Positions 52,335 to 63,590 of a stretch of 64,000 nt of DNA are shown here, in pieces (position 1 is the stretch's first letter; each line of letters begins with the position of its first letter). The notes under the pieces are model-generated. The model was given only the letters and a program-made list of their open reading frames with translations, did not search any database and was not told where the DNA came from. Made by a program: the position numbers and the translations under genes. Origin of the DNA: Leucoraja erinacea (Eukaryota); the NCBI RefSeq assembly GCF_028641065.1, contig NC_073399.1, positions 2,790,001 to 2,854,000 on the forward strand, read 5' to 3'.

Positions 52335-52736
52335 AGATTGAAGGGGGATCTTATAGAAACTTACAACATTCTTAAGGGGTTGGACAGGCTAGATGCAGGA
52401 AGATTGTTCCTGATGTTGGGGAAGTCCAGAACAAGGGGTCACAGTTTAAGGATAAGGGGGAAATCTTTTAGGACCGAGATGAGAAAAACATTTTTCACAC
52501 AGAGAGTGGTGAATCTGTGGAATTCTCTGCCACAGAGGGTAGTTGAGGCCACAGTTCATTGGCTATATTTAAGAGGGAGTTAGATGTGGCCCTTGTGGCT
52601 AAATGGTTCAGGGGGTATGGAGAGAAGGCAGGGATGGGATACTGAGTTGGATGATCAGCCATGATCATATTGAATGGCGGTGCAGGCTCGAAGGGGCGAA
52701 TGGCCTCTACTCCTGCACCTAAATTCTATGTTTCTA
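52335..52736 (+). mobile_element. CR1 3' fragment (GAGGCCACAG variant)
   Basis: Same start point and variant as 50419. Confidence 0.93.
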
Positions 52737-53051
52737 TAAAAAAGGGTGTGGGGAAGCTAGATAAAATGTAGTTCTAACATTTGGACATGGGTAAAGGAAA
52801 TTGTTCAAAGCTAATTGGGGGTTTAGCAAATAAATTCCAGCGGTGAAGCATCTCCAATTATGCGGCATAATGAGGGATTCATAAAAATCAGAGACAAAAA
52901 GGGATTTTCTTGCATATTTGAACATACATTTCAAAGGTTGAACGAGAGTGCATGATAATAATTAGTTGCTTCAGCAAACTAAAACAACCAAGTGGAATCC
53001 CATTATACATTAAATTCAATGATTTTGTGATTCCAAGAAGAAAAGGCTATG

Positions 53052-53690
53052 AAACATAGAAACATAGAAATTAGGTGCAGGTGTAGAGGCCATTCGGCCC
53101 TTCGAGCCTGCACCGCCATTCAATATGATCATGGCTGATCATCCAACTCAGTATCCCGTACCTGCCTTCTCTCCATACCCCCTGATCCCCTTAGCCACAA
53201 GGGCCACATCTAACTCCCTCTTAAATATAGCCAATGAACTGGCCTCAACTACCCCCTGTGGCAGAGAGTTCCAGAGATCCACCACTCTCTGCGTGAAAAA
53301 AGTTCTTCTCATCTCGGTTTTAAAGGATTTCCCCTTTATCCTTAAGCTGTGACCCCTTGTCCTGGACTTCCCCAACATCGGGAACAATCTTCCTGCATCT
53401 AGCCTGTCCAACCCCTTAAGAATTTTGTAAGTTTCTATAAGATCCCTTCTCAATCTTCTAAATTCTAGAGAGTATAAACCAAGTCTATCCAGTCTTTCTT
53501 CATAAGACAGTCCTGACATCCCAGGAATCAGTCTGGTGAACCGTCTCTGCACTCCCTCTATGGCAATAATGTCCTTCCTGAGATTTGGATACCAAAACTG
53601 TACGCAATACTCCAGGTGTGGTCTCACCAAGACCCTGTACAACTGCAGTAGAACCTCTCTGCTCCTATACTCAAATCCTTTTGCAATGAA
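53052..53690 (-). mobile_element. Young CR1 3' fragment, open frame
   Basis: FIAKGFEYRSREVLLQLYRVLVRPHLEYCVQFW..GTGY*. Confidence 0.95.
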
Positions 53691-53734
53691 AGTCATTCAT
53701 CCCTGCCAGCAATGGCAGAATAGAAAGCGATAGG

Positions 53735-53840
53735 ACAAGAGACCATGAGGTCCATTCCCTCCACAACCCATTCCGATCCAGGCCGTCCCTTCCCCAGGCA
53801 CTTTCCCTTGCAACTGCAGGAGATGTAACGCATGTCCCTG
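53735..53840 (+). mobile_element. Penelope-like element fragment (Cys motif preceding GIY-YIG)
   Basis: PSPGTFPCNCRRCNACP. Confidence 0.65.
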
Positions 53841-54229
53841 GAATAGAAAAACAACAGAAAACAATATGAGAGGGAGCATAGGGAAATAAAAACAGAAGAC
53901 TAAAACATAAGGGAAAACCCACGCAGTGGCAGAGGGAACGTGAAAACTCCTCAAACGCAGCACCAGAAGTCAGGTTTGAAAACCCAGGTCACTGGAGCTG
54001 TGAGCCAACAACTCTATCAGCCACAGATAGACACGGAATGCTGGAGTACCTCTGTGGGACAGGCAGCAACTCCGGAGAGAAGTAATGGGTGATGTTTCGG
54101 GTCAAGACAGGTCACAACCCGAAACGTCACCCATTCCTTCTCTCCAGAGATGCTGCCTGTCCCGCTGAGTTACTCCAGCATTTTGTGTCTCTCTTTGGTT
54201 TAAACCAACATCTGCAGTTTCTTTCCACG

Positions 54230-54579
54230 CTCTCTCCTGTTCCAACATCCCGGCACAGGGTTGCTTTTTTCGTCCGCCCTCAAGACCTGCCATATGTGTT
54301 TCTGCGCCAGGACGCACATCGCACGCCCATATGACGGTCCATTCCGGGTGTTGCAGCGAGCCTTTTCGACTCTCGTGTTGGATGTGGGTGGAAAGCCTGA
54401 GACTGTATCTGTGGCGCGTCTTAAACTGGCTCATGTGGACATTGACCAGCCAGTACAGGTGGCTCAGCCTCGCCATTGGGGGCATCCGCCATCTCAGCCC
54501 CTGCCCGTGGGGTGGCCGAATACGGGTCCTGTGGTTATGAGATCAGGCCGTTGCATTCGACTACCTGCTCGTATTTGAC
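54230..54579 (+). mobile_element. Gypsy LTR-retrotransposon integrase C-terminal (GPY/F) fragment
   Basis: YVFLRQDAHRTP / PYDGPFRVLQR..LVLDVGGKPETVSVARLKLAHVD with one frameshift. Confidence 0.8.
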
Positions 54580-54632
54580 CAAAGCCAAGAAAGAGGATGT
54601 CGCCATGTAAGAATGTTAGAAAAAGGCAGGAG

Positions 54633-54871
54633 GAGAATCTGTGGAATTCTCTGCCACAGAAGGAAGTTGAGGCCAGTTCATTGGCTATATTTAAGAGGGA
54701 GTTAGATGTGGCCCTTGTGGCTAAAGGGATCAGGGGGTATGGAGAGAAGGCGGGTACGGGATACTGAGTTGGATGATCAGCCATGACCATATTGAATGGC
54801 GGTGCAGGCTCAAAGGGCCGAATGGTCTATCCTGCACCTATTTTCTATCTTTCTATGTCTATGTTTCTATG
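54633..54871 (+). mobile_element. CR1 3' tail
   Basis: NLWNSLPQKEVEASSLAIFKRELD..GTGY*. Confidence 0.9.
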
Positions 54872-55240
54872 AGAAAGACAAGACAATAAGGGAAGAATGT
54901 GACATTTGGAGAAGTGTCCATGTGACAACTAAACCACAGAATAGCCTGGTTAGACCCAAAGGGCCATTTGTAGCTCTCCTTTGCCTAGATTGCTTGTAAT
55001 TAACTCAAGAAGAACATTGGCCATAAACTGTCATATTTGGAGAACTTTTCCCATTCAATGTGTTAAGGATTACACAAGGAAGGATGGCCTCCAATAATAT
55101 TTGGGATCCACAAAGCCAAAGGTAACATCATTGTGTGGGAATCTTCCGGTTTTCCGCACAGTTTTGGGTGTTTCCACAAGATGGCAGCAAGCACCTTAGC
55201 TAGATCTACAGTACATGCAGACTACAAGGGGCACCAGATT

Positions 55241-55560
55241 CAACTCAGCGGTATGAATGTTGATTTCTCTCATTTCAAGTAACCCCTGCACTCCCTCTCC
55301 ATCCTTGCCCTAATCATCGTACTATTTCCAAAGTTGTAACCCTTCATTATTATCTCTTCCCCAGCCAACAATGGTCCATTGTGGGCTCCACCCTCCCGTG
55401 GTCATCTGTTGCCGGCCCAGCTTTTTCCTGGCCTTTTCTTACTTCCAGTTATCTCCACTCTACTTTCATTCTGAAGAAGGGTCCCGACCCAAATCGCCAC
55501 CCATCCTCTCTCTCCAGAAATGTTGCCTGACCTGCTGAGTTACTCCAGCACTTTGTGTCT
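55241..55560 (+). mobile_element. Penelope-like 3' end + pseudo-LTR
   Basis: QLSGMNVDFSHFK*, pyrimidine tract, CTGAAGAAGGGTCCCGACCC core at 55471. Confidence 0.75.
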
Positions 55561-55909
55561 ATCCCCCTGGTTGTGAGGTGTCCACGACAGGACGAATGCT
55601 GGGCCACTCCTCATGTAAACCACATGAAGCTCTATGCTGCCTGCTTGTGGACGCTATTGCAGGAGACAGAAAGAGCCAATGAGTCGGAACAAGGGTCTCG
55701 ACCCAAAATGTCAAATATTCCTTTTCTCCAGAGCTGCTATCTGACCTGGTGAGTAACCTCAGCTTTTTTGTGTCTATCTTCAAGCCAATTACACTGTTTA
55801 ATCAACTAAACCCCAGCAAGCCTCTAAACTGTGAAGGCAAACAGCACGTCCCTTATATTGTGTCTGTGATACAGCAAGTTACCTCTACCCACCCCCATTC
55901 CTTTTCCCT

Positions 55910-56460
55910 TAGTCTAGTTTAGTTTAGATCAGTTTAGTTTCAAGATACAGCGCGTCCACGCTGTCCATCGATCACCCATTCGCACTAGTTTTATGTTGTC
56001 ACATTTTCTCGTCCACTCCCTACACACGAGGGGCACTTGTTACAGATGCCCATTAACCCCCAAACCCGGACATCTGTAGGATGTGGGAGGAAACCAGAAC
56101 AGCTGGAGGAAACTTACGCAGTCACAGGGAGAACGTACAAACCACACACAGACAGCACCAGCGGTCAGGATTGGACCCCGGGTCTCTGATGCTGTGAGGC
56201 AGCAGTTCTACCAACTGTGGCAGTGTACCACCCCGTCCTGTCGATCAGAGAAGTGCATGAGGCTGCCTCATTAGACCTCGCGTGCTGTCTGTGTGGACTT
56301 TGTATGTTCTCCCTGTCACTGTATGGGCTTTCTCAGGGTGCTCCATTTTCCACCAACATCCCAGAGACACGCAGCTTTGTGGATTAAGTGGCTTCTGTAG
56401 ATTCCCCCTAATATATACGGAGTGGATGTGAAATTGGGACAACATAGAACTTGTGTGAAC
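55910..56460. mobile_element. Two divergently oriented HE1-type SINEs
   Basis: Minus copy 55910-56235; plus partial copy 56270-56460. Confidence 0.75.
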
Positions 56461-58354
56461 TGCTAAACATGTGGTGCTCCGTGATGACGTCAGTACGAGG
56501 TTGGCACAGGTCTCTGAACTTTCGGAAAAGGCAGGGCAGCCTCTGTGCCCGCTACGTTGGAGAGAATTGATGCAACGGTGTGTGGAGCAGCTCCAGTGTG
56601 GGCAGCATCTATGAAAATTCCAAATTCCACTTAGAAGATGGGGCAACATTTGACAAGTTCACTGTTGAACACCAAAGGATCCGGTTTACGGAAAGAACCC
56701 GCTATGACTCGGTTAAAAAAAAACAAATAAATTCAGGCAAAAGAGTTGGAGAGGTGGCTCAAGACTCTGACACCATGTTTATGAATGATCCACAGAAACA
56801 CACATAGTGAAGATCAACCTTTATTCCATGGGAAAACAGGAACATTCAAACAGCCAACCATTCTCATCTAGCTCCGCTGGCTTGTGAGAGAGAGAGCGAG
56901 CTGGCTGGCTTTGCCAGTGTAAAGCTGTGTAGTACCGTAATACCATGTAACGGGTGGCATGCACATATGTGTAGTGGAGATTATAAATGGCATGGACTAA
57001 TAAGGGTTAATCTACAGTTGTAGATTGGAGTCGAGATATAGAATAAATTTCAGTGATCCCATCCAAGATGGCCCAAGCTGCCTCTCCCTTACAGAGAGAC
57101 ACAATGAACTACAGGAGCTGGAATGTGGGGCAACATACACAAAATGCTGGAGTAACCCAGCGGGTCAGGCAGCATTGGTGGAGAAGATGGACTGGTGATG
57201 TTTTGGGTCGGGACTCTTCTTCAGTCTGAGTGTAGTAGGTGTGGAGGGGGGAGAAATCTTGAAAATAGGTGGGGTTGGACAAAACCTGGCAAGTAATAAG
57301 TGGCAGAGATCAGTCTGAGGAAGGGTCTCGACCAGAAATGTTGCCCATTCCTTGTCTCCAGAGATGCTGCCACACCCGCTGAGTTACTCCAGAATTTTGT
57401 GTCTAATGGATATGGGTGAGGGGGGATTATTGGCAGATGGGTAGACAAGGATCAGAAAGGGAAAGAGACAAATGCTGTGGAGAGGTGTAGTATGTGAGGG
57501 GTGGTGAAGGCATGTACTGCGGCTGGAAGGGAATGGAGAGGGGGGGGGGGGGGGGAAGAGGGCAGGATATTGGGGAAAATTGGTGCACATCTGGCTGGGG
57601 ATTTGTCAACATCTCTACAGATGTTGGTGGTTGCCTCTGGATTGAGATGGGAAGAGAATGAAGTGTTTGCGGGGATGGATGAGTTGACATGTGCAGCAGT
57701 TCGTCCGATAGACTGCTATCACATTACACCACATGTAGCAGAGAGAACGACACAGCCTTGTCCCTGTTCTATTTCATCCGTACAACTACGTTATATTTGA
57801 AGCATCTCAAGAATTTGTAGGAGAACAACATTTTTCCAAATTTTTAACATGGTTGGCATATTTTTCAGACTGCACATGCGTGTTTCTATTGTTAGTTTTT
57901 ATTGCTACCGGTGCCGTTTCAATCTCCGATCAGCATTTAATGCGCCAACATCGCTGGTGGGGTAAGACATACTGAGCGCTGACGCATGTGCAGCTAACAC
58001 CCATCAGAAGCATGCAGTGTATGCAGCGCATGGCTTCAATTACCATACAACACCCTTCCTCAACTAAGTATCGCTCAGCATGCTGTCAGCTCCAAGAATC
58101 ACACCACTGTGTTTCTTGAAGGAATTATTAACCACTTTGAGAGCATTTACTGGAGAGAAAGAATGGGTGATGTTTTTGGTCGAGATGTCACCCATTCCTT
58201 CTCTCCAGCGATGCTGCCTGGCCCGCTGAGTTACCCCGGCATTCTGTGTCTACTAGCAGATGTAAACTAGCATCTGCAGACCCTTCCTACACATTAAATA
58301 CATTTATTACTTCAATTGGGTGTTGCTATGGTTGTCCAATAGGTTGGAGTTGTG

Positions 58355-58540
58355 GAATGAAGCTCGTCAAGAAGGCTGGATCCATCCTGGGAGTAGTTTT
58401 GGATTTGTTAGAGCAGGTCTTGGAGGGGAGGATGCTCCTCAAACTGCAGAGCATCCTGGACAACACAGCTCACCCTCCTCCATGACACATTGGTCAACCT
58501 GAGGAGCACCTGCAGCTACAGACTGGTTCCACCAAGACAC
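58355..58540 (+). mobile_element. Rex1/Babar-type LINE fragment
   Basis: KLVKKAGSILG..RMLLKLQSILDNTAHP.LHDTL..RST.S.RL. Confidence 0.7.
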
Positions 58541-58870
58541 ATAGAGCTACTGAGAACGGATGGTCGATAGTTGGCGTGGTCTTGTTGAGCTGAAGGGCCT
58601 GTTTCATTGCTGCATCTAAAAACTAAACAAACAACTAATCAAAGAACTAAACTAACAAATAAATTAAAGAAGAAACTAAAATGAAACCAAAAAACGATAC
58701 TAAACCAAACACTAAACTAGCCTGTGTAGGAAGGAACTGCAGGTGCTGGTTTAAACCAAAGATAAACACAAAATGCTGGAGTAACTCAGCGGGACAGGCA
58801 GCTAAACTAGTTTGTTTTTGTACCAATGGTATCATAGAATCGTGCAGCCACCCAGGACAGAGACAAGCCC

Positions 58871-59050
58871 GTGTTTAAGAGGGAACTGCAGATGCTGGAG
58901 AATCGAAGGTTACACAAAAAAGCTGGAGAAACTCAGCGGGTGCAGCAGCATCTATGGAGCGAAGGAAATAGGCAACGTTTCGGGCCGAAACCCAGGGTTT
59001 CGGCCTGAAACGTTGCCTATTTCCTTCGCTCCATAGATGCTGCTGCACCC
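58871..59050. mobile_element. Penelope-derived fold-back insertion
   Basis: 56-bp inverted arms (58938-58993, 58995-59050); 14-bp TSD ACAGAGACAAGCCC. Confidence 0.88.
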
Positions 59051-59544
59051 ACAGAGACAAGCCCTCTGGCCCACCATATGCACAATGGCCCAGTGCCTTC
59101 CTGCATTGAATTCACACGTCTGGTGGAGAACCCTCACCTCAGGCTGCATCAGTTTGAGAGCATGAGTGGGTGGGAGCTCCTCCTCGATTACCGACACATT
59201 GCTACTGACAAACAAAGTCCTGCCCAAGGGCAGCTGTTACGTTAGGACAACCGACTAGTATAGTTATTGTTAAATGGAGGGGAACCAGACCATACTGTAT
59301 CCACAGCACACCCCTCACTCCAGGCTGGCCCAGGGTGCTCCATTCTGAACTACCCTCTGAAGAAGCCCAGTGAACACTGACCTCAAGAGATGATTAGCAA
59401 CTGACAATCACATCCATATTGCAAACTAATATTTTGTTTTCATTACTGAAGGTTTGAGAATGAAAAGCCTTCCCCCCCCCCCCCCCCCCTTCTTGAAAGA
59501 GACTGAACACTAATTGAGGCATTTTGCAGACTAAAGACTCACAT

Positions 59545-59835
59545 TTAGTTTAGTTTAGTTTATAGATTAAGCGATGAAACAGGCCCTTCGGCCCACGGGC
59601 TCTGTGCCGACCAGCGATCCCTGTACACTAACACTATCCTATACACTGGGGACAATTTACAATTGTTTATCAAAGCCAAGTTAGCCTACAGACCTGTACG
59701 TCTTTGGAGGGTGGGAGGAAACTGGAGCACCAGGCAAAACCCATGTGGTCACGGGGAGAACATACGCTCTGTACAAACAGCAACTGGAGTCATGATCAAA
59801 CCCGGATCTCTGGCACTGTAGGGCAGCAATTCTGC
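59545..59835 (-). mobile_element. HE1-type SINE
   Basis: (TTTAG)n tail on the plus strand, V-core, diverged head. Confidence 0.8.
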
Positions 59836-60579
59836 AGACAATACAAGCTGTGCCTTCAAGCACGAGACACAGATGATTGGTTATTTGCCTGCAGCTGATA
59901 ATGAAGTCACTGGAGACACATGTGTGGCTGAGATGAGCTGTGTTGCAGTGGATTTTATCTGCCCTTTGCATGACAATGCTCAAACAAAACAGCCACTGGT
60001 TTGCACAGGCCAGAGGGATCAGAGGGGAACAATGAAGTCCGTGCAACACTTGAAACAATGGGTGTTGTTAGGGAGTGAGCACAGGAGCCAGGGGGCTAGT
60101 ACGGTCACCTCTGTACAGGTGCATGTGCCACCAGCCGAGACCAAGATCTGAAGGAACAACTCAACAGGTGCACGCAAACTATTGTCTTCAGCTAAAAACA
60201 TTCCTTTCGCCTGAGGTCAAAGAACCCCAGTGCACTCATTTGACAACATTCTAACAAAAAGCATCTTTTCACTGTGACCTCAAGCTGGGGCTGGTTAAAG
60301 GGCTTGCCTCCAGAAAACAAGGTCACAGGTTCAAGTCCCAGTACTGCCAGCTACACAAGTCACGCATTGGTGGTTTAATGGGCTCTGGTTCCGGGTGCAT
60401 TGTGTGGAGCTGTACAAAGAGGGATGTTCCAAGTCGAGACAAAAATTGAATAGGTCTCTCCACCTGGGTCTGGCGTTTAGTACTGACAAAATCTGTAGCT
60501 CCTGATATTCTACACACCCCGCCATGGCAGGCATCTCACCCATGGGAAACAGGACACAATAAAGTCAAAAATATTGTGT

Positions 60580-60800
60580 CGTAAAGGAACTGCAGATGCT
60601 GGTTTAAACTGAAGATAGACACACAATGCTGGAGTAACTCAGCGGGACAGGCAGCATCTCTGGAGAGAAGGAGTGGGTGACGTTTCGGTCGAGACCCTTC
60701 TTCAGGTCTGACGAAGGGACTCGACCCGAGACATCACCCATTCCTTCTCTCCAGAGATGCTGCCTGTCCCGCTGAGTTACTCCAGCATTTTGTGTCCGTC
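60580..60800. mobile_element. Head-to-head Penelope-derived dimer
   Basis: About 85-bp inverted arms pivoting on TTCAG-GT-CTGAC (60701-60712). Similar pairs at 54028-54225, 57105-57402, 58145-58292 and 62490-62680. Confidence 0.85.
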
Positions 60801-61465
60801 TAATGTCTAAATATTGCAGTTTTACATTGAAGATATCACTACAATAATACAGAAATCTGCCAAGCGTAATCCAGTAAATAGTCCACTTTGATAAATTACA
60901 GGCACATTGTGAACTTTGAAATAATAACAGATCCTTCATTCAGAGGCTGTTGGCATCTGATGAAATATTGTGAGCATAACCGTGTGAATCTTATAAGTAT
61001 TATGTGTAACACAATGCAGCCCCAACATACACAAACTCTACTTACAGACTAATTGAGGACAAAAGAATGTAGATAGAATAACATGCACAAATATCATTTT
61101 GCCCAAACTGACTGTTGCAATACCAAGATGTCCAGGCAACAGCAATACATTTCTCCAGACTCTAGAGGGGAATAGTTGGAACAAGGTTTAGTAGAAAAGA
61201 TGTTGGCACTGCAGGGGGGGAAACACAGAAGGTTCGATCTGTGGTTTAGAAAAAGTGTCAACAGCGAAAACCAAGGGGGAAGTGAAAAAATATTCCCTTG
61301 CTCAACATTTTCTGGAAAGCACAGATTTAAAGAAAAGGAATCCTAGATTAATAATAATTTTCATAAATATGTGCCCAAAAATGGGAAATGGTCTTGGTTT
61401 CATGGTTAACATGGCAGTGGGAGTGAGTGGAGAACGTTCTCATGCTTAGACAGTATGGGACAATG

Positions 61466-61793
61466 GGTAGCACAGCTGGGGCAGCGGTAGAGTTGCTGCC
61501 TTACAGTGCCAGAGCCCCAGGTCCCAGGTTCGATCCTGACTATGGGTGCTTGGCTTGGCTGTACGGAGTTTGTACGCTATTCCCGTGACCTGCATGGGTT
61601 TTCTTTGAAATCTTCGGTTTCCTCCCACACTCCAAAGATGTGCAGGTGTGTTAGTTGCTTGGCTTGGTACAAACAAAAATGTAAAATTGCCCCGAGTGTG
61701 TGTAGGCTTATGTTAATGTGGGGATCGGTCGCTGGTCGGTGCGGACTCGGTGGGCCGAAGGGCCTGTTTCCGCACTCTATCTCTAAACGAAAC
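61466..61793 (+). mobile_element. HE1-type SINE
   Basis: B-box GGTTCGATCC, core, GGGCCGAAGGGCCTGTTTCC tail. Confidence 0.85.
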
Positions 61794-61934
61794 TAGACAA
61801 AACAACTTGCTGGGAGTCATTATTCAAACATAAACGTTAGCTCACTTAACACAGCACAGTGGCCACAACTTGTCGAGCTGCTGCCTCACAGCGCCAGAGA
61901 CACAACTTCGATCCTGACTTGGGTGCCATCTCAT

Positions 61935-62300
61935 GCCAGATACAGACTGCCCTCTGAGTGAAAACATTGCCCCTGAGGTCCCTCTTAAATCTCTCCCCGC
62001 CCACCTTGTGCCTTTGTCCTCTAGTTATAGAACCCTCTATCCTGGGGAAACGACTGTGAGTTTTCATGTTATCCATGGTCATTACAATCTTGTACACCTG
62101 AATAAGGTCATCCATCAGCCTCCTACGCTCCTACACCCAGCCTATTGAAGCACCACCTGGGAAACATGCTCCTGTACCCTCGGATCTCTCTGTTCTGCAA
62201 CAATCTCCAGGGCTCGGCCATTTACTGCCCTGGTCCAAAGTGCAACACCTCCCACTTGCCAGAGTTAAATTCCATTTGCCATTCCTTAGTTTAGCTTCGC
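61935..62300 (-). mobile_element. Diverged CR1 fragments
   Basis: DLIQVYKI..FPRIEGSITRG..GGERFKRDLRGNVFTQRAVCIW. Confidence 0.75.
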
Positions 62301-62720
62301 AACTGATCTACATCCTATTGTAAACTTAAGGGCCTGTCCCACGAGCATGCGATTGCATGCGTCTAGCGAGACCAAACGTGGTAGTTTGAGGCGTACGGCC
62401 TCGCGGGGCCGGTCCCTCTTCCAACCGCGTATTAATTAAATTAGGTCATCAGGTCCTTAAAAAGCATAAGCAGCTTGTAGGACCACGAGATGTAAGGAAC
62501 TGCAAATGCTGGAACCTTGAGCAAAACACAAAGTGATGGAGCAATTCAGTGGGTCGGGCAGCATCTATGGACAGGCAGCGTTTCGGGTTTGGATCCTTCA
62601 TCAGGTCTGAAGAAAAGTTGTCTGTCAATATCCCAATCACTGCCTGACATGCTGAGTTCCTCCAGCACTTTGTGTTTTACTTGCTGTAGGGTAATAACAG
62701 AGGCAACAGATGACAACAAA

Positions 62721-63048
62721 GGGCGACACGGTGGCGCAGCGGTAGAGTTGCTGCCTCACAACGCTTACTGCGCCAGAGACCCAGGTTCGATCCCGACTAT
62801 GGGCGCTGTATGTACGGAGTTTGTATGCTCTCCCCATGACCACGTGGGTTTTCCCTGAGATCTTTGGTTTCCTCCCACTCTCCGAAGACGCACCAGTTTG
62901 TAGGTTAATTGCCTTGGTGTAAATGTAAAATTGTCCCTAGTGTGTGTAGGATAGTGTTAATGTGCGGGGATCGCTGGTCGGTGCGGACTCGGTGGGCAGA
63001 AGGGCCTGTTTGCATGCCATATCTTTAAACTAAACTAAACTAAACTAA
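62721..63048 (+). mobile_element. Full-length HE1-type V-SINE
   Basis: A-box TGGCGCAGCGG (62732-62742), B-box GGTTCGATCCC (62784-62794), V-core, LINE-like tail, (CTAAA)n. Confidence 0.92.
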
Positions 63049-63349
63049 GCAGACACGAACAGGAAGGAACGGTATGTGTATCTGCAGTTTTGTGTCTACA
63101 GAAAAGGCACTGGTTTCATGGGGTGTCGAATGAAGTTACGCAGCTGACACAGTCCATGATCGTCAGTTTACTGAGGCCAAGAAGGAAGAAAAACACCTTT
63201 TAAATTTAAAAAAAATGTTTCCAAAAAGTTCTCAGTTTCACAACATACTGTAAATTAATCACTTGTCTGGAAAAATTATTTTTGATTCAGAAAATATGAT
63301 CTCTTGCATGCCTGTAGATACTAGTCATTGTGCTTCCTGAGTTAGCAGG

Positions 63350-63590
63350 AGCAGTTTGTCCTTGTCCTTGTAGATCTGTACCGTCTGCCTGACGGCAACA
63401 GTTCAAACAGGGAGTGTCCGGGGTGTCCTTTTATAATACTCCTTTATAATACTCTGGGATTTTTTGATGCAGCGGGAACTGTGTAAGTCCTCCAAGGTAA
63501 GGAGAGGGCAGCCGACAATCCTCTGGGTGTTGTCAATGGCCCTCTGGAGCGCTTTCCTCTGAGCCGCTGTGCAGCTGGTGTACCATACGC
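63350..63590 (-). mobile_element. Rex1/Babar-type LINE 3' fragment
   Basis: WYTSCTAAQRKALQRAI..QRIVGCPL.TLEDLHSSRC..HSLFELLPSGRRYRS. A plus-strand piece VWYGNCSVSDRKALQRVVK runs from 63940 to the window end. Confidence 0.8.

Noticed and set aside
59873-60151. 92-aa ORF after a TGCAG acceptor-like site
   Set aside because: No recognisable domain and no convincing donor.
62721-62800. tRNA gene
   Set aside because: A/B boxes belong to a SINE head that continues into V-core and LINE tail; no complete cloverleaf.
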